This document shows positions 23,836 to 55,800 of a stretch of 64,000 bases of DNA, piece by piece. The position numbers and the translations under genes were made by a program. Source of the DNA: Eledone cirrhosa (taxonomy: Eukaryota); the NCBI GenBank assembly GCA_964016885.1, contig OZ024748.1, forward strand, positions 10,416,001 through 10,480,000, written 5' to 3'. Numbering within the stretch: the stretch's first letter is position 1; each line of letters opens with the position of its first letter. Below the pieces are notes generated by a model. The model had not been told where the DNA came from and did not search any database. It worked only from the letters and a program-made list of their open reading frames with translations.

Positions 23836-25551
23836 ATGTTGCAGCATCTACTGATCATCACTTGGCTATTTGGTGCCACATTAACAACGATGGTAGCAGC
23901 ATCAGATATTGTGAAATATTCACCAGATAGTTCACAACTGAGATGTTTTGACTTCAACATGACCAATGAAATATCCCTTGAGAACTGTTCACTTGGCAAT
24001 GTTACCTCTCTTCAATTGTCTCACAATAATATCTCCTCTGTTTCACTTGTTAATGACAGCGTGCTTCAAATATATATCACCTCGCAAAACCATCTCAGTT
24101 TCAACTTAGATTCAATGGTCAATTTTCAAGAGTTAGATATATCCCACAACTTGTTGACAGATATTCCATACAGTTTGCTCGTTCATCAGACATGGAAAAA
24201 ACTAGATTTTTCTTTCAATAGAATCGTTAACATCACAAAACCTCTTGTAACAAACTGCCAAAGTCTACATCTACAGAGTAACAAAATACAGCAATTGTCT
24301 GATGGGATTTTCCAAGACTGTCCATACCTGGAAGAACTGGATTTGTCTGACAACAATTTACAGCAGATAAATCTGAAAACATTTGACAATCTAAAAAATC
24401 TTTCAACGTTAAATTTATCAAAAAATCAAATTCAGACAGTTGATGGCTCTTTGTCACTTTCAAAACTTGAACGTTTGGATCTCTCTCAAAATTCAATCCC
24501 AACTATCTCAGAAACCACATTTAGTGGAGCACCATTATCCCTAGGTGAACTTAACCTCAGCCATAACAAATTCACTAAGATTCCATCTGGAGTTTTCACC
24601 AAACTTTTATCACTGAAAAATATTTCTCTACAAGGGAACAATATGACAAAATTTATAAACTCTCTCCAGTTGCCATACCATTTAGAAAAGCTTGACTTGA
24701 GTAACTGTTCTCTCGAGAAAATAGATCAGTGCACATTTCGAATTCTGAAAGACATCCAAGATTTTAACCTCATGCACAACTCACTGTTATGTAACTGTGA
24801 TTTGTTGTCAATCAGAAATACATTTGGTTCTTCAGTTCACATCGATACCTGCAGGAATTCGAGCAAAGAGGGCAACAAAATAAAGATTAAAAATTTGAAA
24901 CTGAAATGCAAGTTTCAAATTTGCAAGGACAGGAATTTTCTGAATGTTGACTCTGATAGTTCTTCCAACTTAAATGTCAGTGCTGAAGTGGAGAAAGGTC
25001 GGGTGAGAATAACATGGATGACAAGTCTGGTTGTCAACAGATTCTATGTTTCGATCAAAGATTCCTCGCAGAAGCAGATAGAGGATGTCCAATTGAGGTA
25101 TGAACACGAGTACTCCTTTGACTCAGAATCCGCATTCAGCACCTACCACATATGTGTTGACGCACTCAACAATGATAATGATGCCATTTCGAAAAAGTGC
25201 ATCAAAGTCTTCATAAAGGATGCCAACATGATTACGGGGATTGTGGCAGGGTTAATAGCACTGATACCTTGTGTTTTCGGATTGATTTACATCACATGTA
25301 AAGATCGACACTATGATAGAATAGATGGTAAAATACACAGCTGTGCAATACCAGAGGTGAAAGTTCCTCTTCCAGAAAGTAATGACAAGAAAACACCAGC
25401 TAAATTGGCACCAGTCAAAGAGAAGCACAATAAGGCATTCCAACCAGATGATGACAAGCCCACCTTGAATCATCAAAATCTAGAGAAACCACCTCACACC
25501 AGTATAGAAATTCCAGCAAATGCTAACAACTCCCAGTGTACGAATCTCTAA
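23836..25551 (+). CDS. Leucine-rich-repeat, FN3-like single-pass membrane protein (571 aa, single coding exon)
   Basis: Acceptor ttttctcttctccaacAG at 23817-23818 precedes ATG 23836. Signal peptide MLQHLLIITWLFGATLTTMVAA, ~10-11 LxxLxLxxN repeats, LRRCT (NSLLCNCDL), FN3-like segment, TM ITGIVAGLIALIPCVFGLIYITC, ~85-aa tail with no TIR domain. Confidence 0.9.
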   Translation: MLQHLLIITWLFGATLTTMVAASDIVKYSPDSSQLRCFDFNMTNEISLENCSLGNVTSLQLSHNNISSVSLVNDSVLQIYITSQNHLSFNLDSMVNFQELDISHNLLTDIPYSLLVHQTWKKLDFSFNRIVNITKPLVTNCQSLHLQSNKIQQLSDGIFQDCPYLEELDLSDNNLQQINLKTFDNLKNLSTLNLSKNQIQTVDGSLSLSKLERLDLSQNSIPTISETTFSGAPLSLGELNLSHNKFTKIPSGVFTKLLSLKNISLQGNNMTKFINSLQLPYHLEKLDLSNCSLEKIDQCTFRILKDIQDFNLMHNSLLCNCDLLSIRNTFGSSVHIDTCRNSSKEGNKIKIKNLKLKCKFQICKDRNFLNVDSDSSSNLNVSAEVEKGRVRITWMTSLVVNRFYVSIKDSSQKQIEDVQLRYEHEYSFDSESAFSTYHICVDALNNDNDAISKKCIKVFIKDANMITGIVAGLIALIPCVFGLIYITCKDRHYDRIDGKIHSCAIPEVKVPLPESNDKKTPAKLAPVKEKHNKAFQPDDDKPTLNHQNLEKPPHTSIEIPANANNSQCTNL

Positions 25552-27645
25552 TAAACATTTTTTTACTCTCCCTCCCCCTCTCCCGAACAACTTTGAACAT
25601 CGAACCAAAGACAGTTCTTGTTTAAACCTTGAGCATTCATGATATTAACATTCACACTGTGAGACAATAAAATATGCACAGCCACTCCACACTTTAAAAT
25701 CAGTCATAAAGTGAATTAATTGGTAAACAAATTCCTCTTCTAACAACAAATCTTGTCCCTTGTCATAAAATATCTTTAGACATTGTTTCACTGTTACCCA
25801 ACAGATGATAAAACCCATGAAAAACATGGAAAGTTTACCAACTATCAGCTGAAATATCTGAATGAAGAAATTCATAAAGATCTAATAGAAACACTATCTA
25901 TCTTAGTATCTATAAATTTGCTTTTTTTTACAAAACTCTTGCAAACATATATAAAAAAATATATATATATTTTGAAACATAAAAAAGAATTTGCTGGATA
26001 AAGAACTGACAAAAACAAATCACATTAAAAAAAATGACATAAAAGAAATTTAAAAAATACATAACATGTGTAGATAAAAGAAAATTACAGTTGTGAATGA
26101 GAGGAGTTGTTAAATGGGATTGTCATCAAGTGAGGTGTGGCTGTATTCATATAGAGTAGAGTGTCTTATCTAAGATCTCACTGTTCATATTATAGTAGCT
26201 GATGCTGTTAGATATGTTATATACATAATGAAATGATATGAAGTATAACATAATTTCCTTAATAATTAAACCCTTTTTTATAACAACCCAGCCATAATAC
26301 AGTGTGTTTGCTTTCTATGCGAAGATGTATTCGTGAAGGCGGCGCATAAAACAAATTTGTGTAATTCAAGTCCAATATTTCTGATAAATAAAAAACTAAA
26401 AAAACCATATAGCGCATTATTCGCGCAAAATGAATATTTGATATTTTTTCAAGAGGCGTTAACGCAAATTCGTGTACTTCAAGTTCGCGTAAAAAGCGAA
26501 CAGACTGTAATATTTTAAAGCTTTTTTTATACAAACTATCCATATTTAGTAACGAAATAAAATTATGAATAATTTTAGTAAATCTCTCAAAATTCTCCAT
26601 TAATTAATTAATTGAAATAGAGTGTATTTCATTAGAGAAAAGTTCATGAAAGTGTTTAAGAGGGACTGGGTGGCTGCAAGTGATGGTGATGTACTCATTA
26701 TAAGGTCTATATAAGACCAGTTTGAACAAATACGACTGACTTTATAATAACTGAACTCAACATATCTTAAATGTTACAAAGTCACATTAGAACATTCCAA
26801 AGAGAAGTTAATCACACAAATAAGAAAATAAAACAGTATCATCATCATTTTACGTCTGCTTTTCCCTGCTTGCAAGTATATCTAAAACAAATAAATTTCT
26901 TCTAAAATTTTGTTTTTTATTCTTATTTTATCTTTTCTGACTGCTGCTGATCATCATCCTCACAATTATCATCATCACAATCATCATCATCACAATCATC
27001 ATCACAATCATCATCCTCACAATCATCATCATCACAAGCCACCACACATCATGCACATACCAGATATACGTGGTGGTGATAATGATGATGATGAAGGTAA
27101 CAACAATAATAATTGTTTCTACTTTTTGGCACAAGGCCCAGTGTATTACTGGTACTTTATTTTATCGACCCCGTAAGGATGACAGGCAAAGTTAACATCG
27201 ATGGGATTTGAACTCATAATAATGGTTTCTGATTTAGGCACATGGTCAGCAATTTTTGGGGAGGGGAAAGTCGATTAAATCAATCCCAGTGCGTTATTGG
27301 TACTTTATTTTATTGATCCCTGTAAGGGTAAAAGGCAAAGCTAACCATGGCAGGATTTCAACTTAGAACATAAAGGACTGTAACTATATACCACAAGGCA
27401 TGTTGTCCGACGCTCTACCGCCCTAACAACAACAACAATAATAATACTGTTTCTACTTTTGGCACAAGGCCAGCAATTACCCCAGTGTGTTACTGGTACT
27501 TTATTTTATCGACCCCGTAAGGATGAAAGGCAAAGTTAACCTCGGTGGGATTTGAACTCAGAACGTAAAGGGCTAAACTCTGTGCTGATAATAATATTAA
27601 TAAGGATTATAAAGTAAGTGCGAGATTACTAAGTAAGGTACTTAC

Positions 27646-45785
<18,140 letters not shown>

Positions 45786-46491
45786 CTTTACGCAACAGAT
45801 GAGTATGGAAAGTTTAGTTTGTCGATAGCTTAGATAAATATATTAGTTTTAAAACTAGTCGTCAGATACAGGAACTAGGAACTTTCTCAAACAGATCGGT
45901 AAAATGGGATTTTGTGACGTTCACACTTTCACTAAGGACATGAGCAACGTTAATGAAATGATTTATACTACAACTGAGTCAAAGAATCGTCTCGCCGGGA
46001 ACTGCCACTTCTTAAATCTGCGGCGTTCGGCGAAGGTTTTATATAAATTAATAGACAATAGTGGACAAAACAACACAAAATTGTGATTACACGGTTATAT
46101 CTGACGGTGAAAATCAAGTCATTTTGAACAGTGAAAACATAGATACGTATAGATATTATTTCCAAACCTCTGATATCGAAGTTCTGTGGTGTTTTCTATC
46201 TAAAAAGCAAAACAGAAACATTCAAAACAACGACATGTCGCCATGTTTTCTGCTGTCTTCAGAAATTGTAAACACCGCTAATAGAGCTAGTGTTAGTTTC
46301 ATATTTTTATTATCATTATTGTAATTGCCATTAGAACTTTTTAAGCTGTCAAATCAAATTTAATAATAATTCCGCATAATAAAAAGTTAATAATCACAAT
46401 TAAAAATTATCTTTTTTTGCTTTCGTGATATACGAAAATAAATAGTTGTAAAACTTTTCACCATCGCCACGGAAATAGACAACGCGACAAA
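45786..46491. promoter_or_regulatory. Putative bidirectional promoter between DHX38 and LRRC69
   Basis: 706 bp between divergent ATGs, free of repeats and locally richer in CpG. Confidence 0.65.
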
Positions 46492-47690
46492 ATGGTGACC
46501 CCGGTAATTGGTCGTGTGTTAAACAACAGAAGTAAAACTCTGGATTTGTCACGGAAACAAATGAAAAAGTGTCCAGACACCATATGTCAGCTACTTCAAC
46601 TAGAAAAAGTTATATTGACAAATAATAAGCTAAATGATATTCCAGACGATTTCGGGGATTTAAAACAAGTGAGCGAAAAATAAACAAACATAAGATTAAA
46701 TAATTCTTTCCTAACGTTTGGCAGAAGCTAGCAATATGGGTGAAGGGGAAGTCGATTACATCGATCATCAGTACTTAACTGATACTTTATTTTATCAACC
46801 CCGGAAGGATGAAAGGAAAAGGTTGACCTCGGCGGGATTTGAACTCACATAACGTATTCAATATTGCCATCATTCATTCATTAAAGCAATGCTTCCTATA
46901 ATAATTTTGGCACGGAACCTTTATCACTGAATATATACCCAATATCTTTAATGACAATCCCCCTTCAGCGCCTCAATTTAAATATGATATTAACCCATTT
47001 GTGGCTGTATTGTCTCTGGCAATAACATTTTTACCAGTATTGGTGGCTTATCTTATTGAATTATCAGGTGATTCTTATAAGGGTACTTGTCTCTTCCAGT
47101 ACCTCAGCCTCACTATCATCAGTAATAATGGTTTCTGATTTAAGCACAAGGCCAATAATTTTCTGAGGCGAGAAAAATCGACTCCAGTGTATTACTGGTG
47201 CTTTATTTTATGGAACCTGTAAGGATGAGAGGCAAAGCTAACCATGGTCCTCATCTGTTTTCAGAGAGGATGGAATTGAACAACTCTCCATCACCTACAA
47301 GTTGTAAAGGTTTCGAGAAAATATGAGAAAAATCTGATAAAGTTAAAACGCGAAAAATAATTGTGTCTTTAATAATACACACATAATATAGTGGTGTCTT
47401 TAATAATACACACACATACATAATATAGTGGTGTCTATAATAATACACACACACACATAATATAGTGGTGTCTATAATAATAATACACACACATACATAT
47501 ATATCATATTTGTTTGCTATTTTAATTCTACAGATACAATTTATCAATATATCTGGCAATGAGTTTGAGAAACTTCCATGCCAAATTCAACATCTTTCAA
47601 AGCTGAAGAAGTTGGTAGCATACAGGAATAAGATCAAGGTTTTACCAGTAGAAATATTCAGTAAGTATTCTAGAATACCAGAACAATTAC

Positions 47691-47721
<31 letters not shown>

Positions 47722-48929
47722 TATATAGAGAGAGGGGGAGAGAGATAAATAGATAGATATGGGCCTACTTTTTATAGTTACGGTGCATTAAAGTTGACAC
47801 TATTCACTGCAGTGCACATGGGACAGCTTCAGGACAAAATACACACATACATATTATGAAGATGTATTACACTGATGTGATGGTGCCATTGGTACAATTG
47901 TTTCACTGAGAATTGTATTCTCTGATCTTCAGCCAATGATACCATTTTGTAATGATAGAACACTGTTGAAGGAACATATATGTATGTAAAGTAGATTGTG
48001 ATAGCAAGTGCATCCAGCCATATACAACCCTGCCAAACAAAGAGTTGGGAAGTTTCTTCAGCTATGTCAAAGACATGACAACTTCCTTAATGCCATATAT
48101 ATATATGGGGATCCCTGACCTGCATAGAGGTTAGAAAAGGCTGCACTTGAATACTGACCGGTCTGTGATGACATCCAACCCTTGTTAGCAGGGAAAACAT
48201 GTTAAGTGATGATGATGATGATAATGTATATTTATATGTTTGTATATTGACAATAGGAAGGGCATCCAGCTATAGAAAACAAGCCAGAAACAGTTCTGTG
48301 TGAACAAAACACAGTCATCTGATCTGACTTGTATCACAACCAGACAACTTGTCTAACCCATGCTAGTGGGGAAAATGAACGTTAAACAATGACGATGATG
48401 ATATCATCATCATCATTTCATTTTACGTCCGCTTTTTCCCTGCTTGCAAGGGTGAGACGGGAACTGATGCTGGCCTGATTTCTACAGCTGGATGCCCTTC
48501 CTAACACCAACCTCATTTACAGTGAGTGCTGGGTGCTTTTTTGCCGTGCCACCTCCACGACCACTTTGCAGTGGAATGATAGGGACCCCAGTCCCTATCA
48601 TCTCATTTCTACAGCTGAGTAAACTGGAGCAATGTAAAATAAAGTGTCTTGCTCAAGGAAACAACACATCACTCGGGCTGAGAATTGAACTCACAACCTT
48701 TCGATTGCAAGGCCAATGCTCTAACCACTAAGCCATGTGCCTCCATCTATATATGTATCACAGGTTCAATCAGGGGTAACCACAGTAAGTAAGGTACTCA
48801 ATACATAATAGAGTATATACAATATTTAATATAGAAATGGCTTCTACAGGACTAGGACAGGGTTTTCCTGATGATTTCCTTCGAATGAAACAGTTCTATT
48901 CCTCCTGTAGAAGTCATTTCTATGTTAAA

Positions 48930-49025
<96 letters not shown>

Positions 49026-52000
49026 AGGATGGATATATTTGATTCAACAAAGTTTGCTTCCAGGAGGATTGAAAAACTTAACTGTGCTGAACCTAAATAC
49101 TAATGAACTCGTTGAGGTACCTGCTGAAATTGGAGGGTAAGTGAGGATAATGTTTACCACAGATATCATAATCTTGTGTTGATATACTAGGGGACACAGC
49201 ATGGCTCAGTGGTTAGGGTGTTCACTTCACAATCCTTAGGTCAACCCATGTTTGTGAGAGAATCTTGGTAGACGGTAACTGTTTGGAAGACCAGCAGATG
49301 GACTGTAACTGTAATTCAAAGAGCCAGCCTTGTCATTCAAACCCTGTGTTATGCCCGAATCTCCCTGAGAATTATGTGATGGGTACACATGTCTGTGAAA
49401 TGCTCAGCCACTTACACATTAATTTCATGAGCAGGCTGTTCTGTTGATAAAACAATTGGAGCACTCATTTTTGAAACCAATAGAAGGTCATTTCAATGAG
49501 ATACCGGTGATATGTGGGCAAATATATATATTTAATAAGGAGATCTATCTGATATAGAAACACAGCTATATGATATGTTTTATCTCTCCAAAATAGAAAC
49601 CAAGGGAGCCTGTAATAGTGTCGATCAATCTGCTAGATTTAGTAGTCAAATCTCTCTCAAATCATACCCTATCGTCTAAAATAAAGAACGTTGTATTGGA
49701 TAGTGTAGTCCAAGATATACAGATAGATGAAAGGGTCATGGTTGGACTACTTTTGTTTATAGATCTGGTTAATCAAGGTTTTATTGAGGCTAACCAATAA
49801 GTATATATTGGATTATGTATTCTCTGGTACATATATGAAGGGATGGCCATAGCTGGAGCCCCTTTAATCATAGGTCTAACCAGGGCTCAACAACAACAAT
49901 GATATATTAGATAATGTAGTCCAAGATATTAAAAAATGATGGCATGGCCTTAACTTGAACCCCTTCAATCATAAGTCTTATCAGGGTTTCCTCAGGGGTT
50001 AACAATGATACATTAAATAATGTAGTCCCAGTTATTAAAATATGAAGGGATGGTCATAATTGGGACTCCTTTAATCATAAGTCTTACCAGGGCTTAGCAA
50101 TGATATATTATTTAATGTGGTCCCAAATATTAAAAATATACACCTTATACCTTAGGATAGTCACCTTTAACCATAAGTCTAACAAACCAGGGTTTACCTT
50201 GAACTTAACAACAACAAATAACAATGTGAATGAAGACAAATAATAATGATGGTCTATTTTATTTTTTAGGTTAATTAGTTTGAAATACTTTAGTGCAGAA
50301 CACAACCAATTAAGAGGACTTCCTGATGGGATTTGTCTGTTACAACAGTTAGAAGAATTATGTTTGGGATACAACAATATTGTTACATTACCATTTCATA
50401 TAGGGCAGCTCCATCAACTCAAAGAACTTTATCTCCATAGAAATAATTTAAAAGAATTGCCAAAAGTAATAATTGAAATTTTGCCATATTCATTTTGTTC
50501 TTATTCTTTTTCTGAGGTTTGATTTCACTCCTTCGTTACCATATTTCTAATGAAAAACCACTGCTTATAATTTACAAATACCCAGGTCCCGTATTGATTT
50601 TGACTCGTTGATTTCAATTTCTCCTGGTCCAGTGTACCTTTGTTGTAGTGGCTCTGCAGTTGTTAGTTGATAGTGAAGGGCTTGAAACTTACCTGCATTA
50701 AATTGCGCTATTGTTGTCTTCAGCTCATCCATATAACTTTGATATTTGGCCAGTATTGGCCCAGGCCATGTCTAACTTTATAGTACCATCTGGCTATTGC
50801 ATCTAAATTGTGTTGTAAGAGAGTAATATCAGCGAGTTTCTTGATTGTCTGTGCTACTACTTTCATGTCATCAGCATAGCTTGTGAGGGAAGCTGTCTGT
50901 ATTAGAGAGGGCATGTCTGAGAGAGCCACCACAAATATTAGTGGTCCCAAAAAGGTTCTTTAAGGCATGCCAACACTTTCTTTGAGAGGGCCCCATTGGC
51001 TGCAACAGTATATTCATTATTGGCACAGATTAAAAGTTTAAGCAAACAATTTCTGCTTTCACCCTAAATGGGAAACAGGTAGTGATGTAACCACTACCCG
51101 CTAGTCAATATATCGATCTACCATGATCAATCAACCTTCTGAAATGATTGTAAAACAATGAACTAATTAACTACCTATCTCTGACACATGTTTTGTTTTC
51201 ATTGTTCAATACACACATACACACACATATGTATATATATCATATATTATCTTTGTTATATTTCCAGAGTATATCTAAATGTACTCAGTTGAAGGTTCTT
51301 GACGTTGCTTCAAATGATCTGAACATTTTCCCTCTTGAGGTAATAATCAGTTTTGTATTTTTGGTGGTGTTGGTGGTGTTGGTAGTTGTGTTGGTAGTAG
51401 TCATCATTGTCATCAAGGTAGTGGTGGTAGTGATAATGATGATGGTGATGATGATGACTATAATGATAATGGTGGTGGTGGTGATGGTAATGAGGATGAT
51501 GATAATGATATTTATCTTTAAATATGCAAACAATTACTTAATCAATAAGTATTTTGCTGTCACAACATATAATCATTAAGTCTTTCTTGCATATCATATT
51601 TACAGTTTGAGAAGTTACAATTGGAAAGGTTACACTATGAATGCAATCCACTTCTACAATTAGGTTCAAGTTATAATCAACCAGATATCAGCATCTTCCC
51701 ACTCAAGGTAAATTCTTTTGTCATCTTTAATTCTAATGTAACTCTCACTCTGATCGATTGACAAGATACCAGACCTCATTTGCTTGTTGAGTGAGGTGGA
51801 TCTTGTCAAATCAGACCAAGGGGACAATATTTCCATTGCTGATATTTTTACCAGTTGCAACTCCTGGCAGAAAGAGCATAAAGTGTCTTGCTCAAGGAGA
51901 CAACGCATCGCCTGGTCCGAGAATTGAACTTGCAACCTCACGATTGCGAGTTCTAAGCCATGCACCTTCACTCTAAAGCTCCCCAGGGGTTAAGGGATCT

Positions 52001-53265
52001 TTTCTTTTATCTAATGGCAGAAACTAGTAAAAGAATCAAAGTGTAAAAGACTCTTTGCTAAAATCTTTCACCTTTAAATAAAGATTACCTGATTATAATG
52101 GTTTCTGATTTAGGCATAAAGCCAACAATTTGTGGGGAAGGGAAAGTCGATTATATCAACCCCAGTGTGTTATTGGTACTTTATTTTATTGACCCCGTAA
52201 GGATGAAAGGCAAAGATAACCTCAGCAGGATGTGAACTTAGAACATACAGGGATGTAACTATGCCGTTAAGCATGCTGTCCGACGCTCTTCTGAATCTGC
52301 CAATCCACCACCTTTTACCTGATTAATAATGGTTTCTAATTTAGTTACAAAGCCAACAATTTGTGTGGAGGGAAAAGTCGATTGTATCAACTCTGGGACT
52401 TGAGTAATACATTATTTTATCAACATTGAAAGGATGAAACACAAATTTAATGTCTGCAGTATTTGACCTTAAAACAGAGTTCACGAAATACACCAATGCA
52501 TTTGATCCAACACACTAATGATTCTACTAATCCCACCAACCTCTGATTAATAATGTTTCTACTTTTGGCACAAGGCCAGCAATTATCCTAGTGTATTACT
52601 GGTACTTTATTTTATCGACCTCGTAAGGATTAAAGGCAAAGTTAACCTCGGCGGGATTTGAACTCAGACGATAAAGGGCTGTAATTCTATGCTGCAAAGC
52701 ATGGCGTCTGACCCTCTACCGATACTGCCAATCCACCGATAATTAATAATAACCTCTGATTAATAATATAACTTGAACTGATGTTTCCAAAATATATATA
52801 GAGAGACTGTTTTGTAAACACTGACATATCTTTCTCGTAGGAAATGGTTGTCAGATTTGCAGTGAACGAGATGAGGAGATAGTAAGTATGTCTTATTGAT
52901 TAAATACAATTAAATACAAATTTCTAACATTGGTAGATAGACATATATTTTAGAAGGGAGAGGGTCAGGATTCAACTGAGTTTATAGTACATTATATATA
53001 TATATCTCATCACTATTGTTTTATGTGTTTTTCTATGCTATATATATCCGTCCCTTCAATCTTTCTAATTTCTCGTTCTTTCTTCTGATGAAGGACTAGC
53101 ATCTGAAACGTTAAGACCCTCTTCCTGCTATTTCAAGCATTAAACTAATATATTCCTTCCGTATACTGTACCACTTGTGTTGTTATTTCTGTTTACCTTT
53201 TCTAACCCATGCTAGTGTGGAAGAATGGATGTAAAACGGTGATGATAAATGATGATGATACATGC

Positions 53266-53301
<36 letters not shown>

Positions 53302-54668
53302 CTATATATATATATAGAGACGTAAAATGATGATGATGTGTGTGTCTATATATATATATATATACATATATACAAAGAGAGAGAGAGTCGACCACTCCCC
53401 AGTATTGTATAGTCCAAATGTTTCTTTTGTTAGCTATCCTTCACAATGGAGTTATATGAAACAAATAAAAGAAGTCCAACAGATTCTCAAAAATGGCAAC
53501 CACTGTCTCGTCTGTGATGGTTTCTTTTCGGACATATGGTTTGAAACTGTTTCTTTTCTGACTGAAGATAAGGTATGTTTCTACACTCCTCCTCTCCTTC
53601 ATTACTAGACTAGAATTATATCTATGGAACTCCTGTAACCCTTTAGCATTTACATTACTCTATATTTACTATTGTAGTTTTGTGGTAAAGGCTTTATCTT
53701 ATATAATTATTTCACATAATATCGAATCTATGAGATTTAGATATTTATTTTGAGAACAATACCTTAACATCAATATGAGCAGCCCGTTACAGCTGGATAC
53801 AGCCAGTTTAAATGCTAAAGGGTTAAACTTTATCTATTAAGCTAACCAAACCTTGCCTTGACAATTTTAATAGAAAACCAATAGTTGTACAATACAAAAC
53901 TGTTTGTTATAACCCTTTAGGTACCCACTCGGCTCTGGTTCTATGAAACAAAGCCACTAATTTTAAAGGCTTCCTATGTAAGGTAAAATCTTCTAACATA
54001 ATTTTATATAAGAATTATATGCTCAGTTACTATCTTAGTAATGGAATTATTAATGATTTTAGTAAATTCTTCATAATTCTTCATAAATTAATTGAAATAA
54101 GGTATATTTTTTCAAAAACATTGTCATGAAATGGTTAAAATAAATATAGTTACTTATAAACATTCCTTCATAAGTTTTGTCAGAACCTTTGCTAAGTTAT
54201 ATTGCAGACATTATTTTAATAATGAGAAAGTTATATTACTAAATCCCTCCAAATTCTTGATTTATGTTTTTTAATGGTTTTAAAATCATAGGCAATGTCT
54301 TTCATTGGAAATCTGGTAATGAAGAGGTTAACCACAATCACATGAAAGCTGAACCATTACAAGATGTTAAATACTAACTAAAGTATTTGAGTTAACAAAC
54401 TTGCTTTTAGATATTTTCTGCTTTCCATTACACGATGTCAAGTATTAATTTAGAGGTTTGTTCATTGTAGAAAATGATGTCAGCAACACCAAAAGAAATG
54501 CATCAACTATCTAAGTCACCGGAGGGAATGATAAAAACACCAAAAGGGCCGATACCAATCCAAGTTTTACTTTGTTCTCAGCAATGTTTTAACAACAGAC
54601 ACAAATATGAAGATGAGCACATTGATTTCATACCAAGTCGGCAAACAGTAACCCTGGATCCAACATAA
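46492..54668 (+). CDS. LRRC69: Leucine-rich repeat-containing protein 69 (~374 aa, 9 exons)
   Basis: Exons: 46492-46668, 47534-47660, 49064-49136, 50270-50465, 51268-51339, 51606-51707, 52841-52881, 53434-53572, 54471-54668. GT-AG, phase-consistent. Intracellular LRRs followed by ECNPLL, CLVCDGFFSDIWFETVSF and PIQVLLCSQQCF, as in LRRC69. Confidence 0.85.
50690..51000 (-). pseudogene. Non-RTE LINE reverse-transcriptase fragment (CR1/L2-like)
   Basis: GPLIFVVALSDMP..SYADDMKV..LQHNLDAIARW. Confidence 0.65.
53081..53116 (+). ncRNA. Ultra-minimal type-I hammerhead-like motif in a dispersed repeat
   Basis: TCTT-CTGATGA-AGG ACTAGCA TCT-GAAA-CG-TT-AAGA. A decayed paralogue lies at ~61521-61556 with homologous downstream sequence. 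Confidence 0.5.
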
Positions 54669-55663
54669 TTTTATATAAGAATCATTTGTTGTTACATATA
54701 CATAATAATTAGTTTTTATAAATCTCTTCCAAATTCTTTATTAAGTGAAATGCAGTTTATTTCAATATAAATTTATACATTAAATACTTCAGAAACAATC
54801 TATCTACATATACACACACACACATATATATATATTGAATTGAGTAAAGTTATAACATAATTTTCATGAAAAAAATGCTATTATATATAATAAATTAAGA
54901 GTGAATAACACAATTTTTCTCTATGTACGTTTAAATGTATAACAGTTGGCCATACCTCAATATACAGTGGGCATTAGTCTGCTGGTCTACATATCTTCAG
55001 GAATTGGTAAACTCCAATATAACCGAACACACATATCATCATCATCATCAACGTTTAACGTCCGTGTTCCACGCTTGCATGGGTTTGGACGGGGGTAGTC
55101 CCACTTGAGGCAAGAGTGATTGTCTTGCTCGCATAGGACTGTCTGGCAGGTTTTCTACAGTTGGATGCCCTTCCTAACACCAACCACATATATATATAGT
55201 GGCAGAACACTGGAGGGTTATATCCAAAGTAATAGAGCATTCAGTCCATGGGACGAGTTTGGTAGAAATAGTTAGTACACCATTTCTGAGAACAATTTGT
55301 ACAAACTGTTGTGGAACTACCTCTCTCTCTCTATATATATATATAAATGTGTGTGTGTATATCTATGCACCCCCATGCATAAATGAAACAAATAAATATT
55401 TTAAATATTTTTTATTTTTACAAAATATTTACAGAAATATGAAAATATTTTATGCATATTTCGTGAATGATGTTTGAAAGAGAAATGGATTGAAAAAAAA
55501 AAAAATTAAAATAGTATCAATAACGTAAAAAAAAATACAGAAACAATATCACATTTATAGAATGTGAAGTACTGTAGTTATATATTTATACAATGAACAA
55601 GTAGGTAAGAGATACGGCAAAATATTACATTTTACCATGAATAAGTAGCAACTCACTCTAACA

Positions 55664-55800
55664 ATATCACATTGATATCATGAACAAGAGAGGATATACT
55701 GTAGCAGTACATCATATCACATTGATATCATGAACAAGAGAGGATATACTGTAGCAGTACAGCATATCACATTGATATCATGAAGACAGGATATACTGTA
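55664..55800. repeat. 50-bp tandem repeat x~3 with degenerate flanking units
   Basis: atatcacattgatatcatgaacaagagaggatatactgtagcagtac. Confidence 0.8.

Noticed and set aside
27607-27645. Read-through stop as the true DHX38 C-terminus
   Set aside because: Non-conserved residues after a consensus GTAAGT donor; it would delete essential domains.
48866-48900. CTGATGA..GAAAC hammerhead-like match
   Set aside because: Stem II is only 3 bp with a U-U closing pair, and no convincing stem I or III.
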